Part shown: positions 24,667-32,478 of the stretch, in pieces
How positions within the stretch are numbered: position 1 is the first letter of the stretch
Layout: the number at the start of each line of letters is the position of its first letter
Virus record (IMG/VR): IMGVR_UViG_3300045988_075559
Direction: 5' to 3' (one strand)
DNA: 43,985 bases
From: a virus
Notes under the pieces: generated by a model
Databases searched by the model: none
What the model was told of the DNA's origin: nothing
The model's input: the letters and a program-made list of their open reading frames with translations, nothing else
Position numbers and translations under genes: made by a program

Positions 24667-24696
24667 GGAACTCTGTAACATAGAGTTCCTTTTTTT
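24667..24696. terminator. Rho-independent terminator between convergent genes
   Basis: ggaactct / gtaacat / agagttcc followed by ttttttt. The reverse orientation also has a short T run. Confidence 0.75.
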
Positions 24697-24702
24697 ATTC
24701 CT

Positions 24703-26136
24703 TTAAATCGCAATTAAATCTTTCCAAGTAGCAGATCCGCAAATACCATCCACTTCCAAAACTTCTTTTCTGGATTCCTGATAAGCTTTCAGAGCGTAAA
24801 TCGTGTTTGCATCTGCTGTCCATGTAAGTTTCAGGGCTTTGCCGTTTTTGCCTTTAAAGCCTCTGGCTCTTAAAATTTCCTGTAAGAGGAGCACAGATGT
24901 GTTTTTATCTCCTGCTTTTACTGTCTCTGGGTTAAACATGTAGCTGCCTCCTTCTGGGTTTGTTGTCTTGTCTGTTTCATCTTTATCTGCAGATAAAACA
25001 ATTGAATAGTCCGGTGTACAAAATTTTGTCCCTGGAAGATTACTATTGTAATAGCTCTTCTGGCACACCCCGCCACCATTTGCCACGATACCGGATGCTC
25101 CGGAAGTATTTCCCTCAATCGTCCAGAACCTGTCTCCGGCTACTTTTGTTACAAAGCCGGTGTGGGTAAATGTATCGCCGTGTTTAAAGATAACAATATC
25201 TCCAACTTTTGGATTGGCATTTTTTACAAATAAGACGCCTAAGGTTGGGCAATATACATACGGCCAGTGTTTTAAGAGTTTCTTTGCATTATCCAGACCA
25301 AAAGCTTTCATGAAACACCAGGAGATAAACGCTGCGCACCAGGGCTGCCCCTGATAGGATGGTTTTATATCTCTCCAATATTTTGTATAGTTTGCTGATC
25401 CGGCATTTCCAGTCTTGCTGTCAAGCTTACTGTTATTTTTCTTTTCCAAGTACCCGATCTCTTCTTCTGCAATTCCCAGAACTACGTTGATAGCTTCACT
25501 CTTTGTCATGACTGTGTTTTCCTTTTCTATATCTTTTGCTTCGTTATAATCTTTGTAAAATATATTTCTATCTACAGTTCCGCTGATGCCTGGTATCTTC
25601 GCTTTGCTGGAATACTGCCAGCCCACACCAAAGTCCGGCCGGAGTCGTTCCTGTAAGGTGCCGTTATCTGATGCCGGATAACGTGCGATCCAGAAATCAT
25701 ATTTTTTCAGATGGCTACAAATTACATTCAGGTACCAATCCACATTGCAATAAATACCAAATTTATATCCCGCTGCCGTGATAATCTTTTCGAATGCTTC
25801 TGCCAATTTATGGATCTGTTCAGCTCCGAGGCTTCTCTGATTATTCCATTCCAAATCCAGCCAGACCGGATACTGCAGTTTTCGCCCGTTCAGAACTTCC
25901 ACTACTTTTCTGGCTTCGCTCTGTATCTCCGCAACTGTCATGGCATAACTGTATTTATATGCTCCGGTTGGAATGTTATGTTTCTGACATCCGGAGTAAT
26001 TTTTCTCAAAGCAGCTATCAATCACGTTTCCGGCTTCTGTGATCCGGAGTATTGCAAAGTCCATTCCGTAGTTTGCTACGGTCTCCCAGTCGATTGTTCC
26101 TTGCCATGCCGAAACGTCTATTCCTCTTATTTCCAT
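24703..26136 (-). CDS. Endolysin: GH25 muramidase + CHAP + PG_binding_1-like domain
   Basis: ATG is 6 nt after AAGGAG. GH25 N-terminus GIDVSAWQGTIDW...; CHAP segment ...QPWCAAFISWC...HTGFV...EGN; C-terminal ...LQEILRARGF...DGICGSATW. Confidence 0.85.
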   Translation of the reverse strand: MEIRGIDVSAWQGTIDWETVANYGMDFAILRITEAGNVIDSCFEKNYSGCQKHNIPTGAYKYSYAMTVAEIQSEARKVVEVLNGRKLQYPVWLDLEWNNQRSLGAEQIHKLAEAFEKIITAAGYKFGIYCNVDWYLNVICSHLKKYDFWIARYPASDNGTLQERLRPDFGVGWQYSSKAKIPGISGTVDRNIFYKDYNEAKDIEKENTVMTKSEAINVVLGIAEEEIGYLEKKNNSKLDSKTGNAGSANYTKYWRDIKPSYQGQPWCAAFISWCFMKAFGLDNAKKLLKHWPYVYCPTLGVLFVKNANPKVGDIVIFKHGDTFTHTGFVTKVAGDRFWTIEGNTSGASGIVANGGGVCQKSYYNSNLPGTKFCTPDYSIVLSADKDETDKTTNPEGGSYMFNPETVKAGDKNTSVLLLQEILRARGFKGKNGKALKLTWTADANTIYALKAYQESRKEVLEVDGICGSATWKDLIAI

Positions 26137-26168
26137 GTCAGTCTCCTTTCATAGAGAAAAAGGGATGA

Positions 26169-26501
26169 TCACTCATCCCCTGAATCCTTATACTTTGTTC
26201 TGTCCCAGATCTCTTTTACCTTCTCCCAGCCGCCGGTTGCTACCAGATACACTACAAAAGCGGCTAGGAATGATGCGAACACATAATACCATGTGATCAC
26301 CGTTTTATAATATGTACACAATACAGCCAATGCCACCGGACACAGTACCAGGGACGCTGCAAGAGCTACAATGCTGGTCGGAATGTTTTTCAATCCCGGA
26401 AGCTCCTTAATCACCTGCACAACGATTGATACCATGAAAGCAAGCCCTCCGATCAGTGCCAGACCATAAGTTACATACTGCATCATTACTTTTACATCCA
26501 T
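26169..26501 (-). CDS. Holin (three predicted TM segments)
   Basis: ATG 26499-26501 is 6 nt after GGGGA. Three hydrophobic helices. It lies directly upstream of the endolysin. Confidence 0.6.
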   Translation of the reverse strand: MDVKVMMQYVTYGLALIGGLAFMVSIVVQVIKELPGLKNIPTSIVALAASLVLCPVALAVLCTYYKTVITWYYVFASFLAAFVVYLVATGGWEKVKEIWDRTKYKDSGDE

Positions 26502-26503
26502 AA

Positions 26504-26806
26504 TCATTCCCCTTTTCTTTTAATATGCAATTCTTCGATTTCCTGTTTCATTTTTGTTACCATGCCATTTCCACCCAACGCATGATATGCATCATACATC
26601 TCGCAGAAGTTCTGATATGCGTAGGAAGGGATATCTCCCAGTTTCATGTACTTTGCATGGTACTCGATCAGTTGAGTACGGAGCAGGAGCATAGTCCCCT
26701 TACTATTTGCATCCCGGTCTTTCTTCTGGTTCTTCAAGATCCAGACGATATACCCTAAAAGAACCGGTAACACAATAGTATATGTCTGCACGAGTATTTC
26801 TTTCAC
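26504..26806 (-). CDS. Lysis-cassette membrane protein (single N-terminal TM; possible holin/antiholin)
   Basis: GTG start. TM segment TIVLPVLLGYIVWIL. It lies adjacent to the holin. Confidence 0.4.
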   Translation of the reverse strand: MKEILVQTYTIVLPVLLGYIVWILKNQKKDRDANSKGTMLLLRTQLIEYHAKYMKLGDIPSYAYQNFCEMYDAYHALGGNGMVTKMKQEIEELHIKRKGE

Positions 26807-26810
26807 TGTT

Positions 26811-27047
26811 TCACTCTTTCTCCGGTTTGCGCCGGCACAATTTTAAAACGGTAATATGTCTTTCAGCGGCTCTTATATTCTCTGGCAGTTCATCATCGTC
26901 AACATCTGCGTATTTACGGCAATTAAATTCTACTAGATCAATGTCCTTTTCAATCTCCTGCAGAGTTTTATTGCTCTGGCCGTTTGCAAGCAGGACCAGG
27001 TCAAAGATGATGGACCAGAGTTTGCTTATAATCTGTAATTTTGTCAT
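26811..27047 (-). CDS. Hypothetical protein (78 aa)
   Basis: ATG is 5 nt after GAGGAG. Confidence 0.55.
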   Translation of the reverse strand: MTKLQIISKLWSIIFDLVLLANGQSNKTLQEIEKDIDLVEFNCRKYADVDDDELPENIRAAERHITVLKLCRRKPEKE

Positions 27048-27146
27048 TTATTCTCCTCTGGCAAAGAAATGAGTTCCTGGTACTCTTTATCTGTAAGTTT
27101 TCCACGTTCCTTTGCCTGTTCTACCATTTTCAGCCAATTTTCGTGG

Positions 27147-27353
27147 TTATACATTTTCTTCATTTTCAATAAAATTCTGTACATCTTCTTCCTCCTCTGT
27201 TTCTTCTGGAATATAAACGTCTGTCATTGCTGCCAGATACTGAATTGTTACGTTCTGGTTTTCAATGATTTTTTTCTGCTTTTCTACGGTTGCTCTGAGG
27301 TTCTCGTCCTCTGCCGCTTCCGCAGGTGTCTGAGTCATTTTTCTTACTTCCAT
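27147..27353 (-). CDS. Hypothetical acidic protein (68 aa)
   Basis: ATG 27351-27353 follows AAAGGGTGAAGAAC. It overlaps the RT ORF 3' end by about 90 nt. Confidence 0.4.
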   Translation of the reverse strand: MEVRKMTQTPAEAAEDENLRATVEKQKKIIENQNVTIQYLAAMTDVYIPEETEEEEDVQNFIENEENV

Positions 27354-28383
27354 GTTCTTCACCCTTTCTTAACTGTTTTAAATATTTCTGAGTCCTTTGT
27401 TTTACTTTATACGAATTTCCTTTATCAGCATTATTTTCCCAGGAATTGTGATGTTCATCTACTTTTTCCGGTTCAAGTTCTCCTCTCTGTGATTTATGAA
27501 CCATCCTCACAAGAGTTTTTCTTTCATGCTTTACACTATCTGAGTTAAGCGTCATGATTATCCTTCCTGTTTCTGTCAGCCGATAGTCGAATCCCAAAAA
27601 TGTAAATCCTTTTTCAAGCGGTGTTATGTGTGATTTCTTTTCATTTGCTTCCAGCCCGTATATCTGCAATTGCTTCATTATCTCACCGAAAACTCTCTCA
27701 GCCTGTTTTCTTGTTTTAACAAGAATCCAGAAATCATCCATGTATCTGATATTGTATTTTACATGCAACTGTTCTTTGATGTAATGATCTAATGGATTCA
27801 GAAGCGAAATACCGGCAATCTGTACCATTTGAGATCCTGGATTGTATCCGGTTTCTCCTGCGTACTGGTCTCGTAAAACTCCACACGACATTTCTGTTGT
27901 ATCCTTATCCGTCAGATTCCTTATTTGCCTTTCCACATCACTGTGCCGCATGTTTAGGTAGTATCCATGTATGTCAACCTGAACTATCCATCCTTTTGTG
28001 CCGTATCTGCAGTAATAATTCCATAGATATTTTTTAACCAGTGCTCTTGCAAAGTCTGTTCCCTTTCCTGTCTGGCAGGCGCAATTTGAATAAGTGAATC
28101 CCTTTGTCATTTGAGGATAAAGAGAATTATCATTAATGCTCCTTTGATATACCCGATCCTTAAACGGAATACTGAGAGCTTCCCGGCGTTTCGGATATGT
28201 TATCAAGACTGTTTTAGGCTTCCCATTCTTCCATGTTCCGTCTTGATGCTGATGTTTCATCCGGAGTATATTTTCTTCTCCATTTAACAAAAACGACTTA
28301 ACTGATGGTTTCCATGTTACTCCATTCTTACATTTCAGCATTGATTCGTATAAACTATCATAGCTTGTTATATGATCTTTCAT
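27262..28383 (-). CDS. DGR reverse transcriptase
   Basis: YMDD box (IRYMDDFWIL) and a DGR-type ...NPGSQMVQIAG... motif. It lies downstream of the TR. The last about 30 aa may be non-native read-through. Confidence 0.85.
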   Translation of the reverse strand: MKDHITSYDSLYESMLKCKNGVTWKPSVKSFLLNGEENILRMKHQHQDGTWKNGKPKTVLITYPKRREALSIPFKDRVYQRSINDNSLYPQMTKGFTYSNCACQTGKGTDFARALVKKYLWNYYCRYGTKGWIVQVDIHGYYLNMRHSDVERQIRNLTDKDTTEMSCGVLRDQYAGETGYNPGSQMVQIAGISLLNPLDHYIKEQLHVKYNIRYMDDFWILVKTRKQAERVFGEIMKQLQIYGLEANEKKSHITPLEKGFTFLGFDYRLTETGRIIMTLNSDSVKHERKTLVRMVHKSQRGELEPEKVDEHHNSWENNADKGNSYKVKQRTQKYLKQLRKGEEHGSKKNDSDTCGSGRGREPQSNRRKAEKNH

Positions 28384-28548
28384 CTTTTGTGCTTCCGCAG
28401 TTTCTCAGTGCTGGCAGGCTTATGTAAGTCACGCACTGTCTCTTTCGATTATCCGCGGTATTGTTTAGGCTTATGCCAGGGATTTCGGCTCCTTGTCTAT
28501 ATCTTCAAGGCGATCATTGCTATGCAATAACCATAATGCTTTTAGGAA

Positions 28549-28675
28549 GACAATCGGGGCATACACATTCGAGTTCCATGCGTTCGTGTTGTTGACGTTG
28601 CCGGATGTGTTCACATTCATGACGTTGTTAGCGTTGCCGCGGTTAGCCGAACGAGAAAACACATTCTGAGGTGTT
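28549..28675 (-). repeat. DGR template repeat (TR)
   Basis: 127 bp aligned to the VR at an offset of +641. There are 14 mismatches, every one at a TR adenine in the coding sense (T on the plus strand). Confidence 0.9.
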
Positions 28676-28694
28676 AGCCTACGTCCCATGTAAT

Positions 28695-29126
28695 TTAAGA
28701 GTATCTTTCTATGTCAGATTCCCGCCATTTTTTAATATAATTTCTCACTTTTACTGTTTGTTCTGACCAATATTCTACCCTTTTTCCTTTCAGGTGAAAG
28801 AGTGGATGCGCAAGCCCAATCAGTGCAAGTAAGTTGTTACAATCCAGAATCGCCTGACGCTGCAGTTTGCTTCTCCAGGCCCATAGCTCTTTCTTATTCT
28901 TTTCTGTTACCCGGATATTGTTTGCGGTCCAGGCATTTATATAAATGTCTTTCGCTGTCCGGATGATATCGTCCGTGAGCGCAGATTGATATTCCGGAAG
29001 AAATACCTTTTTATTCTTGCAGATCTGAATCGTGTAGACCGCCAGCTCTCTTGCGTACCATACTGCATTTAACTGTCTATTCTGCGGTGTGTCCGGTACA
29101 TTTCTCTTACCTGCTTTAACTGCCAT
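28695..29126 (-). CDS. avd: DGR accessory variability determinant (Avd-like)
   Basis: 143-aa basic helical protein between the target gene and the TR. ATG follows AAAGGAAAAGAA. Confidence 0.7.
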   Translation of the reverse strand: MAVKAGKRNVPDTPQNRQLNAVWYARELAVYTIQICKNKKVFLPEYQSALTDDIIRTAKDIYINAWTANNIRVTEKNKKELWAWRSKLQRQAILDCNNLLALIGLAHPLFHLKGKRVEYWSEQTVKVRNYIKKWRESDIERYS

Positions 29127-29140
29127 TTCTTTTCCTTTCT

Positions 29141-29166
29141 ATCCCTGCATCCGCGGGTGCAGGGAT
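29141..29166. promoter_or_regulatory. GC-rich hairpin downstream of the VR (DGR target-recognition element candidate)
   Basis: atccctgca / tccgcggg / tgcagggat. It lies 15-40 nt beyond the target-gene stop, 3' of the VR. Confidence 0.6.
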
Positions 29167-29180
29167 TATTTGATTGCTGA

Positions 29181-30377
29181 TTATACGACGACAAGCGGGG
29201 CATACACATTCGAGTACCATGCGCTCGTGTCGTCGACGGAGCCGGATGTGTTCACATTCATGACGCTGTAAGCGTTGCCGCGGCCAGCCGAACGAGAAAA
29301 CACACCCTGAGGTGATGTGTGGTTCGCAGCTGAATATCTAATCATAATCGGATAGGTTTTCCATGGTTCAATCGGTGTTTTGGAATTTGTTCTCCGCTGC
29401 CAGTATTCGTGAACTGCTCCCTCCTCTTTGCTCATGTTTACGTTCATCTGAGACATGGATGCAAGGAATACTCTGTCGTATGTGATATCTGTCACGCCAC
29501 CATCATTGACGGTATTCGCAAGGGTAGTTACTTTGACCGTCTTTAATGCTGCCAGCATATCCGCAGGCATTCCGCAGAGGAAACCGTCTTTTGTGGCTAA
29601 CTGACTCGGCGCAATATCCCAGTCGTCCTGTTTTGTCCACCATTTGCCCTTTGGTTGTGTTGAATTGAGCCACTGACGGGCCGCTGAGTATTTCCAGCGA
29701 TTCCAGCCGTATGCTGATTCCTGCATACTGTTAAGATTTCCGTTTCTGGTTGCGTACTGCATGGTTCCCAGATCTGTTCCGTCTGATCCGGATGTAACTG
29801 CCACGGTTTCAATTGTGGTGATTCCGTCTGCAGCGTAAGAGGTTGCTTTCCAGTTGCTCGGCACAATGTCCGGCATCTGTGTGAATCCATATACTGATCC
29901 ACCTGCAGGTACGGCCTTGGTCAAAGTAAACTGCCAGTATGTGTCTGCTTTTGCATTATTTCCCCAATCCTTTTCTAATTTGAGGTGATAAGTTCCTGCT
30001 GCCAGTCCATCCGGACAGCGCAAGAATGCACGGTTGCTAAACTGTAATCCGAATGGGGTTGTGTAATGCGCTTCCAGGAATGTTCCTGAAATGACTTCTC
30101 CGTCCTCCAGTTCTACATTTTCAAAATGTGTAACCTGCCACGGGAAATCATATTCCTGGCCGGCGGCAGTATCTGTCCATTTCTCAAGAATCTGGTCTCC
30201 GAAATCAAAAATTTTCTGAGCGTACCCATTTCTGGAAAGCCCGCTGATCTGGTCCCACGTTGATATGTTTTCCAGGTTTGCCGCCTGTGTAAATGCCATT
30301 GTCTGCAATGCCTGTGAAATTTCTTTCATAGTGCTTTCGCGTGGAAAATTAATGAGTGTCTGGTCTCCTGTTGCCAT
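29181..30377 (-). CDS. DGR target protein (putative receptor-binding tail protein with C-terminal variable region)
   Basis: ATG is 7 nt after AAGGAGG. The C-terminus ...GVFSRSAGRGNAYSVMNVNTSGSVDDTSAWYSNVYAPLVVV carries the VR. Confidence 0.85.
   Translation of the reverse strand: MATGDQTLINFPRESTMKEISQALQTMAFTQAANLENISTWDQISGLSRNGYAQKIFDFGDQILEKWTDTAAGQEYDFPWQVTHFENVELEDGEVISGTFLEAHYTTPFGLQFSNRAFLRCPDGLAAGTYHLKLEKDWGNNAKADTYWQFTLTKAVPAGGSVYGFTQMPDIVPSNWKATSYAADGITTIETVAVTSGSDGTDLGTMQYATRNGNLNSMQESAYGWNRWKYSAARQWLNSTQPKGKWWTKQDDWDIAPSQLATKDGFLCGMPADMLAALKTVKVTTLANTVNDGGVTDITYDRVFLASMSQMNVNMSKEEGAVHEYWQRRTNSKTPIEPWKTYPIMIRYSAANHTSPQGVFSRSAGRGNAYSVMNVNTSGSVDDTSAWYSNVYAPLVVV
29190..29316 (-). 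repeat. DGR variable repeat (VR)
   Basis: The last about 43 codons of the target gene. TR Asn codons correspond to G/Y/S/D in the VR. Confidence 0.9.
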
Positions 30378-30407
30378 TTCTGTTCCTCCTTTATTTATAA
30401 TCTCTAG

Positions 30408-31418
30408 TTATTCTGTATAGACAATATCAAGTCCACCGTCTTCACTATTTATTGCCAAAGTTATATGTTGTGTCTGAGCAATCAGTGCATCTGTTGCGGA
30501 CTTGGCGGCAGCCGCCTGGTCTTTAGCAGCTTTTGTGGCGGTATTTGCATTTGTTGCCGCGGTTTCGGCTGTAGTCGTGGCAGTTTTGACAGCTTCTAAG
30601 GATTTTCCAATTTCTGTGCTTAAATTTGCCGCGTCCGAAATCGTTTTTTTGAGTGTCGTATCCTTTGCAGTTGCATCCGCAATTGTCTTGTTCAGATTAT
30701 CTTTCGCTGTCTCTATGTTTACATCAAATCTTCCAATCTCCTGATTAGTATGTTCTGTAATTCCTTGCTGTGCTTCTGATTCTTTCAGTGCAATATAATC
30801 TTCTGTCTGACTCTTTACATTCTTTACGGATATCTCCTGCTGACTGGTTATAGTCTGTATCGCCTGTTTTCTTGTCTTATCAATTTCTGTCTGAGTCAAA
30901 GTGACCGATTCGGTCACTTTTTCATCAAATCCGGTGATCTGCGCATTGATATTCTGTTCAGACTCTGATGCTGCCTTTCTGGACTGCTCCGCGCTCTGGG
31001 CGTAGCCTGCGGCACTGTCTCTGCTATTCTCAGTTTCCTGCGCTGCTTGCACAGTGTTGGAATGTAACTGCTGTATATCCGTGTGAGCTGATTCTATTTC
31101 CTGTTGTGACAGCTCTACTGCTGCTCTGGATGTCTCAACCTGTTTGGCTTTATTAATCACATCATCATAGGCTGCAATATATTCCGGTGTCATATCTCCT
31201 GGAAGGGCTATCATCTGCCAATACTCTGAATTATGACCCGGATCAGGAGCGATTCCTGTGATTGTTGTCTCCAGCTCTGCCAGGCAGAAGTATGAGCCGC
31301 CTTGATAGCTTACTGTGTCAAGATATTCGTAGGATGCTCCTGGATCGTACTCTCCTCCTGGATTCAAGGAGACGTTTCCGAGATCTGTTTCTTGATAGTT
31401 GTTCTCTGTCGTGCTCAT
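30408..31418 (-). CDS. Tail fibre protein (N-terminal binding-like domain plus long Ala/Gln/Thr-rich coiled coil)
   Basis: ATG is 7 nt after GAGGAG. It contains palindrome copy 3 (30902-30916). Confidence 0.55.
   Translation of the reverse strand: MSTTENNYQETDLGNVSLNPGGEYDPGASYEYLDTVSYQGGSYFCLAELETTITGIAPDPGHNSEYWQMIALPGDMTPEYIAAYDDVINKAKQVETSRAAVELSQQEIESAHTDIQQLHSNTVQAAQETENSRDSAAGYAQSAEQSRKAASESEQNINAQITGFDEKVTESVTLTQTEIDKTRKQAIQTITSQQEISVKNVKSQTEDYIALKESEAQQGITEHTNQEIGRFDVNIETAKDNLNKTIADATAKDTTLKKTISDAANLSTEIGKSLEAVKTATTTAETAATNANTATKAAKDQAAAAKSATDALIAQTQHITLAINSEDGGLDIVYTE
30902..30916. repeat. Palindrome TGACCGATTCGGTCA, copy 3 (17-bp perfect: gTGACCGATTCGGTCAc)
   Basis: Exact copy inside the fibre CDS, where it encodes VTESVT. 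Confidence 0.9.
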
Positions 31419-31429
31419 TTTTCTTCTCC

Positions 31430-31726
31430 TCAGTCGATTCGGTCTATATTGTATTCCACCGCACAGATGTGCTCAATTCTGCATCCTCTGGCCTCATTCC
31501 ATCCCTCGGCAAAATACGCCACATCTGCAGTTGCTAACAATTCCAGAGACTTTCCAAGGAACCATAAAGGCTTTGCGTCTGCTGGTGCTGCCTGAAAGAA
31601 TGAATCAATCACTTCCACTGGTTCACCTATTCGTTTTTCTGCGCTTTCAATTGCTTCCTTTCTTACTGCAAGGATCTCTTCATCCGTTTTTCCTCTCATT
31701 GGCTGACTAATGAATAATTTCTTCAT
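31430..31726 (-). CDS. Small conserved protein (resembles nucleoside 2-deoxyribosyltransferase-like / DUF4406 proteins, from memory)
   Basis: ATG is 6 nt after AAGGAGG. Motifs MKKLFISQPMRGKTDEEI...IDSF...PLWFLGKSLELLATADVAYFAEGWNEARGCRIEH. Confidence 0.45.
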   Translation of the reverse strand: MKKLFISQPMRGKTDEEILAVRKEAIESAEKRIGEPVEVIDSFFQAAPADAKPLWFLGKSLELLATADVAYFAEGWNEARGCRIEHICAVEYNIDRID

Positions 31727-31737
31727 TTTCTTCCTCC

Positions 31738-32478
31738 TTAAAATTTTAATCTGTATTTCAATCGGCTTCTTTTTCTGCTAAAACGCACCTTATCTACGGT
31801 TGGATCAGAATACATTTTGAGTCTGCCCTTTACAACCTTAAAGGCGGCAAAATGGACGTTTCCGGTTTCGCCTTTAAGTTCAGTTTCTTTCTGGTGGACA
31901 TAATTATCAATGTCTTTCTTTCCCTCTTCTACTCTGCCGGGAATAGATGCTGCAACTTTCTGTGCTTCTCCGGCATAGTATTTCGCATTGTCTTCTTTTT
32001 GCTCCGGATAATCTCCTCTTCCGTGTGCCCAGGCCTCTGCCTGGTCTCTGGCTTTTTCTGACCGGTCGGCTGCCTGATTGACTGCCTCGACCGTCTCTCT
32101 GAAAATCTCCGGTTCTTCCGGCGATCCGGGAACCTCCGGTTTTGGTCTTGCTTTTATTGGTATGGTTATTTTATGTTCTGTATTTCCAGAATTATTTTCA
32201 CTCAGGTATATGAATGCGTATATTTTGTAATTTTGGTCGATTTCTTCGTTCTCCAGCATGGAATCCGGAATTGGCACATCTGTTACAGAATCTTTCGTTG
32301 TTCCTATTCTTGTTACAGATGTTCCGCCTGTTTCTTCCAATGAGAAATGTATCTCAATAGCCGGCCGTAGAGTAAGTCCCTGAATTCTTAAAATTTGTCC
32401 ATAATCCCACTGCCACGCTGTTTCGGCCCGAATATTTGTTTCTGCTTCTGAAAAAACAGCAGTGATTATATTATTCCT
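31738..32478 (-). CDS. Fibre-module virion protein (family not recognised), proposed AGG start
   Basis: The frame is open for 46 codons upstream of the ORF-track TTG (32340, no SD). AGG 32476-32478 is 6 nt after GGAGG (32485-32489) and overlaps the rSAM 3' end. Confidence 0.6.
   Translation of the reverse strand, partial: RNNIITAVFSEAETNIRAETAWQWDYGQILRIQGLTLRPAIEIHFSLEETGGTSVTRIGTTKDSVTDVPIPDSMLENEEIDQNYKIYAFIYLSENNSGNTEHKITIPIKARPKPEVPGSPEEPEIFRETVEAVNQAADRSEKARDQAEAWAHGRGDYPEQKEDNAKYYAGEAQKVAASIPGRVEEGKKDIDNYVHQKETELKGETGNVHFAAFKVVKGRLKMYSDPTVDKVRFSRKRSRLKYRLKF

Noticed and set aside
28471-28689. ORF-track CDS MGRRLTPQNVFSRSANRGNANNV... (72 aa)
   Set aside because: It is the DGR template repeat read in the frame of the VR. 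It has no SD, lies between avd and the RT, and its similarity to the target C-terminus is explained by the TR/VR relationship.
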